64,000 nt of DNA from Monocercomonoides exilis PA203 (Eukaryota; Protista; Preaxostyla). Position 1 is the stretch's first letter. The number at the start of each line of letters is the position of its first letter. The position numbers and the translations under genes are program-made. The notes under the pieces were generated by a model. It was not told the DNA's origin and ran no database searches. It saw only the letters and a list, made by a program, of their open reading frames with translations. Positions 35,701-48,449 of this stretch are shown here, piece by piece. The stretch spans positions 434,001 through 498,000 of the forward strand of contig LSRY02000002.1 in assembly GCA_001643675.2 (NCBI GenBank), given 5' to 3'.

Positions 35701-38700
35701 CGTGTGCCACCATCACCCATACAGCGCAGGTGAGATATGCAGACACAAACAAGAAGATCGAATTAGATTCAGGATTTGAGCTTGCTGAAGTAGTTGCAAT
35801 GACTGATGTCCATGAATGGGAGATTTTTTCTCTTACAAAAGGGATGGATGTTGTGGTGAAAGCACCAGATTATTTTGACTCTTCTTGTCTGATTGAGGTG
35901 TTGAGCAAATGTTCAATTAGAAACATCAAGTTCTGTATTCCATATGCTCTATCTGATGCATCATCTTTGATAACATCCAATTCCACTCTCCTCACACTCA
36001 CTGACTGTTCTGTTGTTTGTCCCTCTGAGAATTCCATTGGATATTGTTTTGTCGATGTGATTGGTGGAAAAGTGAAAGTGGAGGGATTGGTGATCACAGA
36101 GACCTTGAGATTTGGAGAACATTCACTGATTGAGTTTGCTGGAGGGGTGGAATCAGTTGTGATTTGTGGATGTGAGGTGAACAACATTGAGAAGAGAAAT
36201 GAAGATGGAGGATGGGTGAGTGGAGTGGTTGGAGTAGAGAGAGATGAGGGGAAGAATGGGATAATTGTGATTGAATCGTGTGTTGTGAAGGGGTGCAGGT
36301 GTGTTGGAGGAGGAGGGATGTGTGTTGGGGTGAAAGGGGAAGGGAGTGTTATTGTGAATGGGAGTTGTATGATTGATGGGTGTGAGGCGAAAGGTTCAGA
36401 GGGAAGTGAAGGGAGAGGGGGAGGGATGATGATTGTGATGGAGAGCAGAGATGGTTCATTAAAAATGGAATCTGGAAAAGACTATTTGTTTGGAGAGAAT
36501 AACAAAGCTGAATATGGGAAGGATGTGTTTGTTTCATGCAGTTGGGGGATATTGCTTGAGTCGAAAGTGAATGGGAGTTCATTTTCATTTTTTGATTTTC
36601 GTGAGATTCCCTCTGATGTTGTGAAGTTGTGTGGGAGTGAGGATGGGAGAGAAGGGGAAGTGATTCCGCTGTTTGTATATTTGTGTTCAATTGGCTCGAA
36701 GTTGAGAGTTGATGGGAGAGGAGAGAGGGCACTGGATCAGAGCCATTGTGGGTTTGAGGAGTTTGGGTGTTTGACGATTGACTATTGTGTTTGGAAGAGA
36801 GCGAGCATCAATGTGAATGAAATTGAAGTTGCATCAGAATCGTTGATAAAGAATGAGATGAAAGTGATTTCATTTGAGGTTCGTGTTTCAGGGAAAGAAG
36901 AGGGGATGAGGGTGGTTGTGAGGGATGAAGGATCGATAAATCAAAACAACCTTATTGAGTGTTCAAAATCATTTGAGATGAGATATTTGTCATTTGTGCT
37001 GAATGAAGAAATGAATGGGAGGAGAAGTGGATTAATCCACCTTTCCTCTTCTTCCTCATCATTAACAACAACAATCACAATCACGAGCTGTTCAGTTTCA
37101 TTTGGAAACGATGAATTGATTGGATACGATGTGATTTGCATTGAGGGAGGAGGGTTGATTGTGAATAGATTTGTGATGGAAGGGAAAGTGAGAATGAATG
37201 GGAAATCGCCAATTGTTATTTCTAATGGAGTTGAATTGGAGATTATGAACAGCCGAATAAGTGGAGTGGAAGTGAAAGGTGGAATTGGAGGATGCTTGAA
37301 TGTGGAGATGAAGGAAGGAGGGGGTGTGAATATTGAAGAATGCAATATATCATCGACATGCTCAGGTGGAAATGAAATGAAAGGGGGAGGGATGATGATA
37401 TCAATGGGAATGGGAGGGAGTTTGGAAATGAAAAATATTAAGTTTGAGGGATGCGAAGTGCCAACAGAGGATAATTCAGAGAAAGGAAGAGGATTGGGAG
37501 GAGGGATGTTTGTGAAGCTGGCAGATGAAATTGGATCATTTGTGATGGAAGGAATGGAATTTGAGGGATGCGATGCGTGGAAAGGGAAGAATGCGTTTAC
37601 GTCAGGATGGGATCTGAGAGAGATTGTGAAGGAGCACTTGAAATGGGAAATGAGTTCAGAGGAGTTGGGATCGTTGAATGAGTTGTGTGGATGGGAGAGG
37701 AAAACGACAGGAGAGAAGGGATATGTAATTCCACTTGTTGTGTATTTGTGGTTCAATTGGAGTGGGGATGGGTTTGTTTCGAAAGAAAATGGAGGAGACT
37801 TTAGTGGGTGTGGATTTTCTGAAGCACCATGCTCATCGATTGATTACTTGATATCACTGAGATATGAACCACTTGATGAAGGTGAATCCCACATCAGCAT
37901 TGTGGATTCGGGGTTGTTGAAACATTCCATATCATTTTCTTCCTCATCGCCTCCGACTTCACAAGATTCAGAGTTACCAAAAGTTGTTATTGAAGGGACA
38001 AAGAAAGGAACAGAAGTTTCGATAAGTGATGAAGATAAGAATGATTTGAGCGATAACTCATTGATTTCATCGAATATGAGTTTGTCATTAATGAATATAT
38101 CATTCACTAAACCTAGCATTACCACCAATCATGCAGTATTCATTGAATCATCAGGAACAAATACACATTTGTCAGCTACGGATTGCTCATTTGGATCATT
38201 GACAGGGCTGACAGAGACAGCAGGATGTTGTGTGATGAGAGTAAATGGAGGAAGTGTTTTGATTGAGAGATGCTCATTGAATTTGATTTCAGAGTTGAAA
38301 GGGTTCATTGCCTTTAGCCCAAATGCAACTGAGGTGACTCTTCAGAATATGAATATTTCATTTGTGAGTGTGAAGGAAAGAAGTCTGATTTCGATGATAG
38401 AAGAGGAAGACCAGATGAGTGGAGATGAGAATACTCATTCTAATATCAATAAACAAGTTTTGAGGGTTGTGGGGTGTTCATTTGCCAACATCACAAAAGA
38501 AGGTATTGGAGCGAGTGTTATTGATGTGGGATCATATGAGCATGGAATGGAGTGTTTGATGGATGAGTGTTCGATATCGAGTTGCAAGAGTGGTTTAAGC
38601 AGAGAAGGAGGGGGAATGAGAGTGGTGCTGAAGAGTGGGGAATCAGTATTGAAAGTGAATGGGAGCTCATTTTCGATATGCAAGTGCTCGAGTGAAACAG

Positions 38701-41700
38701 GGTGTGGAGGAGGGCTGTTTATTGATGGGTCTGACCCACATGCGAATTATGGAGATGAGAGTCAGATTCTGCCTCTGAATTTCAAGATTGTGAACATTCT
38801 GTTTTATATGAATGAGGCATATGTGGGGAAAGATATATTTGTCAGATGCCACTCGATTGCTCACCAGATCAACGAAACTTTGTTTGCCTTGAACTACAGC
38901 CAGGAGTCATTGAACTCAAACAATTCCATCTGTGGGAGGGATGTTGAGAGCGCGACAGAAGTTGATCTGATTCCGCTAATCACATTCTATTATGGCCAGC
39001 AGGTGTTTGTGAATAGAACAGGGAGTGATGGCAGACGATGTGGGGCTCAAATCAATCCATGTTCCAGTATCAACTGCGGGATTGACCATATCCAGGAAGG
39101 GGTGATGAATGCGATTCTGATTGACGGAGAAGGAGTTGTTTCGGGCGAATGCTCCATCGGGGATCTGAATGTGAACTCATACAAAAAGTCTCAGGCGATT
39201 GTCAAGCTGAAATCAGATATAGCGAAATCAGCAGAGAAGGATTGCATCATGGAGTTTATAAATGAAAGCGCTGTGGAGAGGTGCTCATTCCAGTTTGAAG
39301 ATAATTTTATATCAACTCATAGCTTCATTCTGAAAGTGAAGAACGGAATGACGAAAATTCAAGAATGTGAATTCTTCTCCTCTGCCGATGAAGTGAAATT
39401 GAACAGTTCAATTGTTAGTGTGGAAAGCGGAGAACTGAAGATCTCAGAAACAACATTCAGGGATTTGGATTCAACAACAGCAGTGTTTTCATTTTGTGAA
39501 GAATCAGACGTGACAATTGTTGAAACAAGACTATCGAATATCAAATGTGAGGTAGATATTGGGGGTGTTGGAGGAAACGCGAAGGTGGCGATGAAAGTGA
39601 TGACGATTGAGAATGTGACTCTGTTTGATGGAGGATGTGCAATTGCGATGAATGATGCTGAACAAGAGGTGAGTGTGCTGAACTGCTCGTTTGAAAAAAG
39701 CTCGAATTCGGTGGATAAGGGAAGCATGATGCAGATAAGACGATCCAAGGAAGTGAAGGTTGTAATATGTGTGTTTGACGGAGAAAAAGAAGAGAGAAAA
39801 GCAGATGCAATCAATAAAAGAAACAAAAGAAAAGATGGATTATGTGAATGGAATGGCTCATTGGTTGATGTTGAAAGCAGTAACGTGGAGATGAATGAAA
39901 CAACGATTATGAAGAGCAAAGCAGGTGGTTTGTGGGTGAGTGGAGGGAGTGTGAAGATTGAAAATGGAAAGTTTGAGAACAACAACCCCGAGATTGAAGG
40001 ATATCCATCAGCGCGAAGGAATGCAATCTGCACAGAGAATAGTGAATTGAATGTTGTGAGCGTAAAAGGGGGAGATGGATTGAAAGACAATTCTTCTCTT
40101 TGGATTTTGAATGATGGATGTGATTTGAGAGGGATAGCAGGAGAAAGATTATCTCCATTTTTCATTCCCAGACTGGAATATGTTTCAGTGAATGAGAATG
40201 GCAGCAATGTTGTTGTGAAATTCGAGGGATCACTTCTTCTTCCTTGTGACTTGTCATTCAAACTTGTGTATAAAACAGGGGATGTGGAGTTGGTTGAGAC
40301 ATATCAATTTGAGGAAGACAGTTTTGTGTCAGAAACAGAAGTGATTGGAAGAATTCCATCAGAGAATATTTCATTGGCTTCAGATGAAACAGAGATATCT
40401 GTGATGATTTTGTTTGGAAAACAATTGGCATCCACTTCTCCACTGATACTGAAAAACAGAAGTGAAACAAAATCAGAAGCAGATGGAAAAGTTGTTGAAA
40501 GAGGATATAGAAAATCCTCTTCTTCAACAGTAATTATTATTATCTTAGTTGCAATTTTGTTGATTGTTCTGATTGTTGCTATTGCCTTTATTGTCAGATG
40601 GAGAAAACAAAAGAGAAGAACAAGAGAATTGGAAGTGATTGTGGAAGACACAGTGAAGAAAGATCCAAAGGCGTTTGAGATGGTGACAATGGAGATGTCA
40701 CCAGAGGAACAGTGGAGGAGAGCGGAGAGGGAGGCAGAAAAGAAGAATGAAGAGAGGATGAAGAAGAGGGTGTATGATACGAATATGCAACATTCTGAAT
40801 CATCCGAGCATCTTCTATCTGAGAGCGGGTCAACTGAATACATACTGGGAAGAGACTCAGACAAGATCCCAGAATGGGCGCTGGAAAAGGTTGATGATAA
40901 AGAAGATGAGGAAACAAGAAAACGAACACCATCACCATCCATTTCATCCACATCCACAACTGATTCAGACTCAACATTTGTTCGCGTGGAAGATGCTTGT
41001 CCGACCACCTCATCGATGTCAAACTTGGTTGATGCGATGGCATGCTCGTCTCCTCATGAGAAGCTGATTGTGGATTTGAGAGATTCTTTGTTCATGCTGT
41101 TGCATGGAAGGAACAAGACAAAAGAGATGGCGATAGGCACTCTGCAGGAGAGGGAGCAAACAGCTGCTCAAATTCTGTTCTGGGTGGCGAATCTTGCACT
41201 CCATTCGTTTGATGAAATGGAAAATCCTCTCTCATCTCTTGCAAATCTCAGTCCGCACATTGTTCTGTTCTCAGAGCACATGGTCATCTGCATTGTGATG
41301 CATTCAGACTTATTGTCAGATGATGATTCAGACTCGTCTTCAATCTCTTCATTAAGTGTCATTACATTTGCCGGTGTTGATGATGATAGTGACTCCCTTC
41401 CTTCTTCGGCTTTTGAGGATGATGATTATTATAAAAAAGAATGTTTGAGATGGAAGGCGCCAGAGCTGCTGATCAACAAGAAGATGAAAGCAACAAAGGA
41501 ATCTGTTGTATTTTCTATTGGGATAATGTTGTGGGAGTGCTTGACGCTGAAGATACCGTTTGGGGACTTTGAGGCTGAGGTGGCTGGCCAGAAGATTGTG
41601 AACGGCGAAAGGCCAGATGGTACAGTGATTAGCGAAAGTTGTTTTGTTGAGATATGGAAGCAGAGTGTTGGTATGGAACGATCAAAAAGACCATCACTGA

Positions 41701-41828
41701 TTTTTATCAAACGAGAGTTTTTCAAGCATTTTCCGAAAGAAGCAGTAATTGTGACGGTATCTGATGCCATTGACTATGAATATGATGATGAGGAGAGGAG
41801 CTTGAAAGTTATCATCGAAGCTTCTTAA
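32724..41828 (+). pseudogene. Giant type-I membrane receptor-like gene (~3030 codons): signal peptide, Cys/Gly-rich beta-helix-like ectodomain, one TM, degenerate kinase C-lobe; single in-frame TAA at 35115-35117
   Basis: ORFs 32724-35117 and 35142-41828 share a frame. The ectodomain has repeated GGA/GGG(M/I) motifs and G.D...CG....PC.(T/S)I modules. The TM lies at ~40530-40596 followed by RWRKQKRR. The C-terminus reads WKAPELL..SVVFSIGIMLWECLTLKIPF..RPSL with no recognisable VAIK/HRD/DFG. No introns are needed. Confidence 0.75.
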
Positions 41829-42836
41829 GGCATACTCTGAAGCCAATACGAATGAGTTTGATGCTTTCAAATTCAATTTTTCAAAGAAGAAAATTTGGCA
41901 AGCTAATCAATTTTCGTTTGAAGAAATGATTGAATTGAATGAGATACAAAATGGAGAAGAATGCTTTTGTGAGCAGTTCAGCATCAGAGCAGATAATTTG
42001 TTCATGATGTGAAATATCAGGAAGTTGAATTTATGGAGATGGTTGAATAACTTTCTCATTTTAGTCGACTTCAATTGATAATATTTGAAATGCTGATATT
42101 TAACAAAATTGGGATTAAGTTAGTATTCATTTTTTTGGAGTGATGTTTGGATTGTGATATGTGGTTAGATATGGATAAATGTGTAAAAACCGTCTTTAGC
42201 AATTTTTAACATTGATTTTTGGATATGTATTTGATATGTTGAATGGTTTATTTTCCATAAATTTGAAAAAATTATGTATCTGAAAGAATAAATAAATATA
42301 TTTCTTTTATGTATTTAAATATGTTTGTGTAAAGCTTTCCTTTTCCTAACTTTGAAATGTTTCATTCCAAAAGTCTTTCAATTTATCTTCTTGAAATTTT
42401 TGTAAAGTAATTGTCTTTTGTTTTTTTTATCTGGGTTATTATCAATCACTTTTCAACGTATATTTCGAATTTTGGAACAGAAATTTTCGATTTTGCGGAA
42501 TATTACACTTCAACGTATCAAATAAACAGAAGTTGTCAAAATTTGTTCAGTGATACAACATGCAATTCGGTTCGTGAAATATCAAAAAGCCAATATATCA
42601 TTTTTAAGATATGAACAACAATAATCATCAAGTTATCAACGAAACTCTTTGACACAATTTACAACATAAAATTATCTATAAGTGTAAGTATTTCTTTGTA
42701 ATCATGATTTCGTTCGAGTGCAAATCTCATTGTTTTCTCAATGGACTTTCAAGAATAAAATGAACTTTCACGGTTAACGCACATCGTTCATATTGTATTT
42801 ATATTTCTTTACATGTTTTCAAAGACCCAACGAAGT

Positions 42837-42837
<1 letters not shown>

Positions 42838-42875
<38 letters not shown>
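42838..42875 (+). repeat. Poly(T) tract of about 37 nt
   Basis: Directly visible. Confidence 0.9.
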
Positions 42876-42959
42876 CAATTTATTATTAATTATTTTTTTT
42901 TTTTTATTTTTGAATAAAAAACACGAAATTTAGAATGATAAAAAAAATGAATAGCTGTA

Positions 42960-43697
42960 GGATCAACTTTAAAATGGGACTTTTTTCTTTATTGGCACTT
43001 TTTTTGTTTTTGCACGCCAATCATTCAAAAAAGCTAGATGGACCTCAACACTCGGATGAGTGTGTTTAAAAAACAAATATATTAAATTACCGGTTTGTTT
43101 TTTAAATTTTGTTTATTTTTCGTAGAGATACAGATATCGCATAAAATACCGGACATCGCACAAAATACCGGACAAGATCGATATCTCAATAACCGCAAGA
43201 AGAAAAATTCTGACAATTTTCCTCAAAATATATCTCATCAATACAAACTTGCTTGGCATACAGGACTTTCAGGACATCTTCGGTTGAGCTCGGAAAAAAT
43301 ATATATCGAAATCTCGGAGAAATAGGATTTAGAGTTTCTCAGAGATTTCGATATATATTTTTTCCGAGCTCAACCGAAGATGTCCTGAAAGTCCTGTATG
43401 CCAAGCAAGTTTGTATTGATGAGATATATTTTGAGGAAAATTGTCAGAATTTTTCTTCTTGCGGTTATTGAGATATCGATCTTGTCCGGTATTTTGTGCG
43501 ATGTCCGGTATTTTATGCGATATCTGTATCTCTACGAAAAATAAACAAAATTTAAAAAACAAACCGGTAATTTAATATATTTGTTTTTTAAACACACTCA
43601 TCCGAGTGTTGAGGTCCATCTAGCTTTTTTGAATGATTGGCGTGCAAAAACAAAAAAAGTGCCAATAAAGAAAAAAGTCTCATTTTAAAGTTGACCC
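42960..43697. mobile_element. Foldback element B: 738-bp near-perfect palindrome (363-bp arms, 12-nt loop), same terminal family as element A
   Basis: 42960-43322 is the reverse complement of 43335-43697 with only a few mismatches. The loop is TAGGATTTAGAG. Termini GG(A/G)TCAACTTTAAAATG(G/A)GACTTTTTTCTTTATTGGCAC match element A. Confidence 0.92.
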
Positions 43698-44083
43698 AAT
43701 CTAGTTTTTTCCATTGAAGAATTCAATTCAAAGATAGTTTGAAATGCTCAAAGATTCAATGAAAAGAAGAAACAACGATTATCAACATTTTCAAAAGTTT
43801 TTTGAATAAATTGCATTGTGTAATAAACAATTTCGATGAAATGAACCATTCCGTTTTTTAAAAAAAGATGAAAGCAAATGAACTTTATTTTTATTCACAC
43901 CTCGAAAAAACATATGATTCCAAAAATAATCACTAATATTGTCGATTATTTTTGAAAGCATTCAATTTTTCTAATTATAGATGAAGATAAAAAGTTCTTA
44001 AATAATTTTTAAAATAACAGTCAAAAAAATAATTAAAAACAATAATAAGTATAATAGAATGAAATATTACAACAATTAAATGA

Positions 44084-47000
44084 TTATGAAGTCAACTGAG
44101 ACAAAGTTATAATTTGGAACATGTTTCTTCCATTGAACATTAAATTATCCTGAGTTTTGGGAAGCCACCATGACGCAAGTGAAGTCAGCATCTGAATCTC
44201 AGAGAAAGGAATATTCAGTTCCTTGTGAATATTCCTAAGCAGATCTGCCTCTGGCGGCACTTCTTCTTCTTCTTCGTCTGAGTCATTGGATGAAATTGAC
44301 TGTTTTCTGCTTTTTCCATTTAATTCACCTTTTTGTTCGGATTTATTGTCTGAAGTTGATTGTGAGCCAAAATGGTTTTTATTCTTTCTGCTTGAAGTTT
44401 CGGTCTTAGAGCCGTGCTTCTTTTCTTTAACTTTCTGTTTTGGATCTTCTTCTTTCTCATTCTTCTTCTTCTTCTTCCCTTCCATCTGAAGCCGAAGGAG
44501 CTCTCTTTCTCGCCTCGCATTCTCCACAATAGCCTCTCTCTTCTTTCTCTGGACAAACTCATTCTTCACCTTCGATACGAGCAGCGCACACTGCAACGCA
44601 GACTCTGTCAGGCGCGTCCACTGCTGCCGGATGACTGCTGCACGCACCGAAGAATGCGGTACTGCAAAGGCCAGACGCAGCATGCTGCTGACCTGAGTGG
44701 CACTCTTCTTCACCCCAACCATCCCTTCTTTCACATACTGCACCATAAGTGGCTCGCTTGAGATGCTGCGCTTCTCGTGCTTGCGCTCAGCCACTGCACC
44801 CGATGAGGAGAACAGCGTGTGTGCAGAAGACGGAGGAGGCGCAGGGAAGTACTTGGAGCAGCGGAACACGTCGTTGTTGAGCTTTCGGCTGATGAATGCA
44901 CTACGTATCTGGCTGAACGGATGAATGGTTGGTGAATAGCGCTTGACAGTTCGCTTGTTCATGTTGATAACTGTTGTCGGACCGTTCGCCCAGAGAAGCT
45001 GAGTCGATTTCAGAGTGAGAGACTGAACAGTTATTCAATAAAAGATAAATCAATGAGAAATTCATTCAGAGAAATGGTTGGTGAAAATTAAGATTTTTAA
45101 AAATACATCAGAATATATTATTTAAAGTGAAGAAGAGTATTAAAAATTTTATTTATTTCAAAAGCAAATGCACTTTAATAGAAAAATTTTCATACCGAGT
45201 GAATTCCTTGAACAGTCAAAGAAGGTAAATAAGAGCACAAAACAAGTACTTCTCCCAGCAAATGCTTCTTTTCATTCTTCTGTTTGATGCCGCTTTCAAC
45301 ATCACTACCTGTACCACTCCTTTCAACGCTTCCCTTTGCCTCCACTTCGCATTTCTGTGCATCAGCGCTGTCTCCTTTGCTTGGGGCGTTGTCAAGCGGA
45401 GGATGCGATCGGTTCTCAAACGGGCTTTCTGCCAGGCCCCACCGCTGGAATCCGCCCATTTGCCGCAGGCGCAGTTCTTCTACAGACTCTGCAGTGATCT
45501 CAGGCAAAGCTAAGGATTTTTCTTGGGAGCTCCCTTTCAAACGGCGAATCTTCTCTAATTGCTGCTTTTCTTTCTCTTCTTCCTCGTAATCGTTTCCTTC
45601 CTCTTCTTCTTCTTCCTCTGTTTCAGTTTTTGTTTCGTCCGATAAGCATTCTTGTTCTAGTCTTGCTAAATCTTCAGATACATCTTTCAGTTTATTTGTT
45701 TCATTGCATTTTTCTTCCTTTACGCTGTCACAGACGGTGTCGTCTGTTTGTTTAATGCCACTTTGAATTGATGATGCATCATCTTTGTTTGACTCAAGCT
45801 GCGACTGACTCGTAAGCTGAGTGGGTTGAATGTTATCTTTTGTGATTTTGCCATCTTCCTTTGCAGCATTGTTATCAGCATTGTCATCTTCATTTCCTTC
45901 TTCTTCTTCTATCTCTTCTTCATCTGAATCGCACGGAGCCAAAAATCGAAAGAATTCCTGTTTCAAAGCGACTTCGTCATCTGCATTTACAAAATGCTTT
46001 CTGCTGTTATTCGTAAAATGACTGTCTTCTTCGTTTTCTGCGCTTTCCTCTTCGTCTTCGCACTCTTTGCTTTCATCTTTTCCACCATCTTTGCCATCAG
46101 CATTGTTACTTATTTTGTTTCCTTCAGCTTTCGTTTCTTCAGTTGCTTCTTCTTTGTCCTTTTCTGTTTCTTTCCCATCCACGTCTTCCGCATCTTTCAT
46201 TTCATCTTTCTCAGCTCTTTCTTCCATTGTTGCTGCTTCTTGTTTTTGATCTGTTTGTGCTATGTCTGATTTGGCATCAATTTTTCCTTCATCATCTTCC
46301 TCATCCTCATCATCACCATTATCTTCTTCTTCTTCCTCCTCCTCCTCCTCTTCCTCTTTTGATTTCCTCTCCGTTTCATCACTTAACGAATCCGATTCTT
46401 CAGAATCATCCTCAGACAAACTTTCGTTCGAATCTTCATTTGTACTTTCTTCGTCTGATGTATCATTTTCTTCATTCCTCCATCTCATGTTCTTCCTTTC
46501 CCACACTTTCACTCTGTCTTCCAGCTCTTTCTTCGGATTTGTGTAAATGCCCAATCTGTTCTTGCGCTTCGGATGGTCTGTCATCAGAACAGTTGGAGAA
46601 GAAGAATAAGACGAAGAGGAGGAAGAGAAGGATGTTGTTGAACTGAGCGAAGAGAGTGCAGCGGAGGATGAGATGGACAATGAAGAAAGTCCAACTGGAG
46701 GGCTATTTGATGACAAAGAAATCAAAGAAGAAGAAGAAGAAGAAGAAACAGGAGATGATGAAGAGGTAGATAACTGTGGCAGTGATGTCTGTGAGAGGGA
46801 AGTTGCAAGTGTGGATGAAAGATTGGAAGAGAGGGAGGAAGAAAACGATGAAGTGGATGAATTTGATGGTGCTGATGATGTTGAGGTTGGGAGGAATGAA
46901 AACGGGGAGGTTGTATTTGACGTGGAAGAAGAAGACGACGACGACGACGAAGAAGAAGAAGAAGAAAGCAAACTCTGAGATGATTGAACAGTCGGCAGAA

Positions 47001-48339
47001 ACGAAGTTGATGAAGTGGTAGGCAGAAATGACGTGGATGTTGCAGTTGGCAGAAACGACGTGGAGCTGCTGTTGGGATTCGCTCTGGGAAGAAAAGAAAG
47101 CTGTTTTGGCTGCTTCGACTTGCTTTTGACTTTCGTCTCTTCTTTCCCCTTTTTGTCTTTCGATGATTTTGTGATTGTTTTCCCTTTCCCTTTGGATTCT
47201 GAATGAGATTCTGTTTCTTTTGAAGCTTCGGGAACGATGGGCACTTTGATTGAACGAGCTATTGAAGGAACAATCAGATGGCGTGATGTGAATACAGATT
47301 CAATTGGAGACACAAATAGAAGAGTGTCAATCATCCGATCGACTTCTTGTTTGTCAGAGCCAACTACAACACTCCGACATGATGTGTTAAAGTGAGATGT
47401 TATTGCACTAAAAGTCATATGTTTCATGGAAAAAAAAATAAAATAAATATCGCAAAAATGAACATTTTTGGTGAACAATTATAAAACAAAATTCGCAAAC
47501 CGACTCAAAAAAGAATCTTCTTCAGTAACATCGAAAGGAGGAGCATAAAAGAAAGTGTCTCTAAATTTATAATTTTTGAAACAAATGATTAACAAATAGT
47601 TAACTGCTCAAAATACCGAATGTTTGGAGGAGCAGTGCCCGAAAGCATAATTGCATCAAATTCTAATGCTTTTGAATTCAAAATAATTCCAAAATATGAT
47701 ACTCCATTATAGCATTCCTTTATATTCAAAAGTTTTTTAAATAATCAAAAAAAAAATCAATATGTTCAATTCACATACAGTCATTAAGTTCATAAGCCTG
47801 TGAGTAATCATTTGCATTTCCTCAGCCAAAGAAACAATTACTTCTTGAAACCTCGAATGATATTTTCTAATTGGTATTTTTAAAGCAAACAATTAAATTT
47901 ATGAATTCAAACCCGTCAATGAGAAGAGTTAAAGAATATCTTCCATCCTTCTTTTGAACAGTTGTGTTAAACAATCCACTTAGCAATATAAAATCTACAA
48001 AAATAATTATTGTTATTCATCAAAAGATGGTATGAATATGAAAAGCATATTCTCATTTTGATACCTGGTTCATGAACATAATTCACTTTCGTTTCCAAAT
48101 TGCCTTTTGTTGTTCCCTTTCCCATATACGAATCCAAAACAGTTCGACTTATTGATGATATGAGATCATCATCCAACGGAACTGAACCTCCCCAAGACTT
48201 AAAAAGAAATGATGAAAAGTATGACAATATCAATCGTCATTCACACCTTAAGAACTTTAGGTCCCAAAAAATTATCCCAAGTCGAAAGGATCATCCCTTT
48301 GACGTAATAGCACCCCGAAAAAGGTCCACCCTCGTCCAT
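44084..48339 (-). CDS. C9orf72: C9orf72 homolog (DENN-like), multi-exon, with a large low-complexity insertion
   Basis: Exon 1 reads MDEGGPF..ILSTWDNFLGPKVLK (cf. WDNILGPRV). Later exons give AITSHFNTSCRSVVVGSDKQEVDRMIDTL (cf. AISSHLQTCGCSVVVGSSAEKVNKIVRTL), YLPSLTVQG (cf. YESGLFVQG) and GPTTVINMNKRTVK (cf. YPTTHIDVDVNTVK). Confidence 0.85.
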
Positions 48340-48449
48340 TGAACGCACAAATAAAAATATAAAAAATAAAAATGGGTTGAAATATTAATGCGGAATCTTT
48401 GTTGAAAAATAACAATCATAATCAGCTAATTTCTAAATAATAATAATAA

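Noticed and set aside
39359-41008. Long antisense ORFs (300 and 234 aa) within the receptor gene
   Set aside because: Explained by the biased codon usage of the sense gene; no independent motifs.
43095-43562. Two ORFs with identical translation on opposite strands (43095-43325 + and 43329-43562 -)
   Set aside because: A by-product of the palindrome: TTG starts and no protein-like features.
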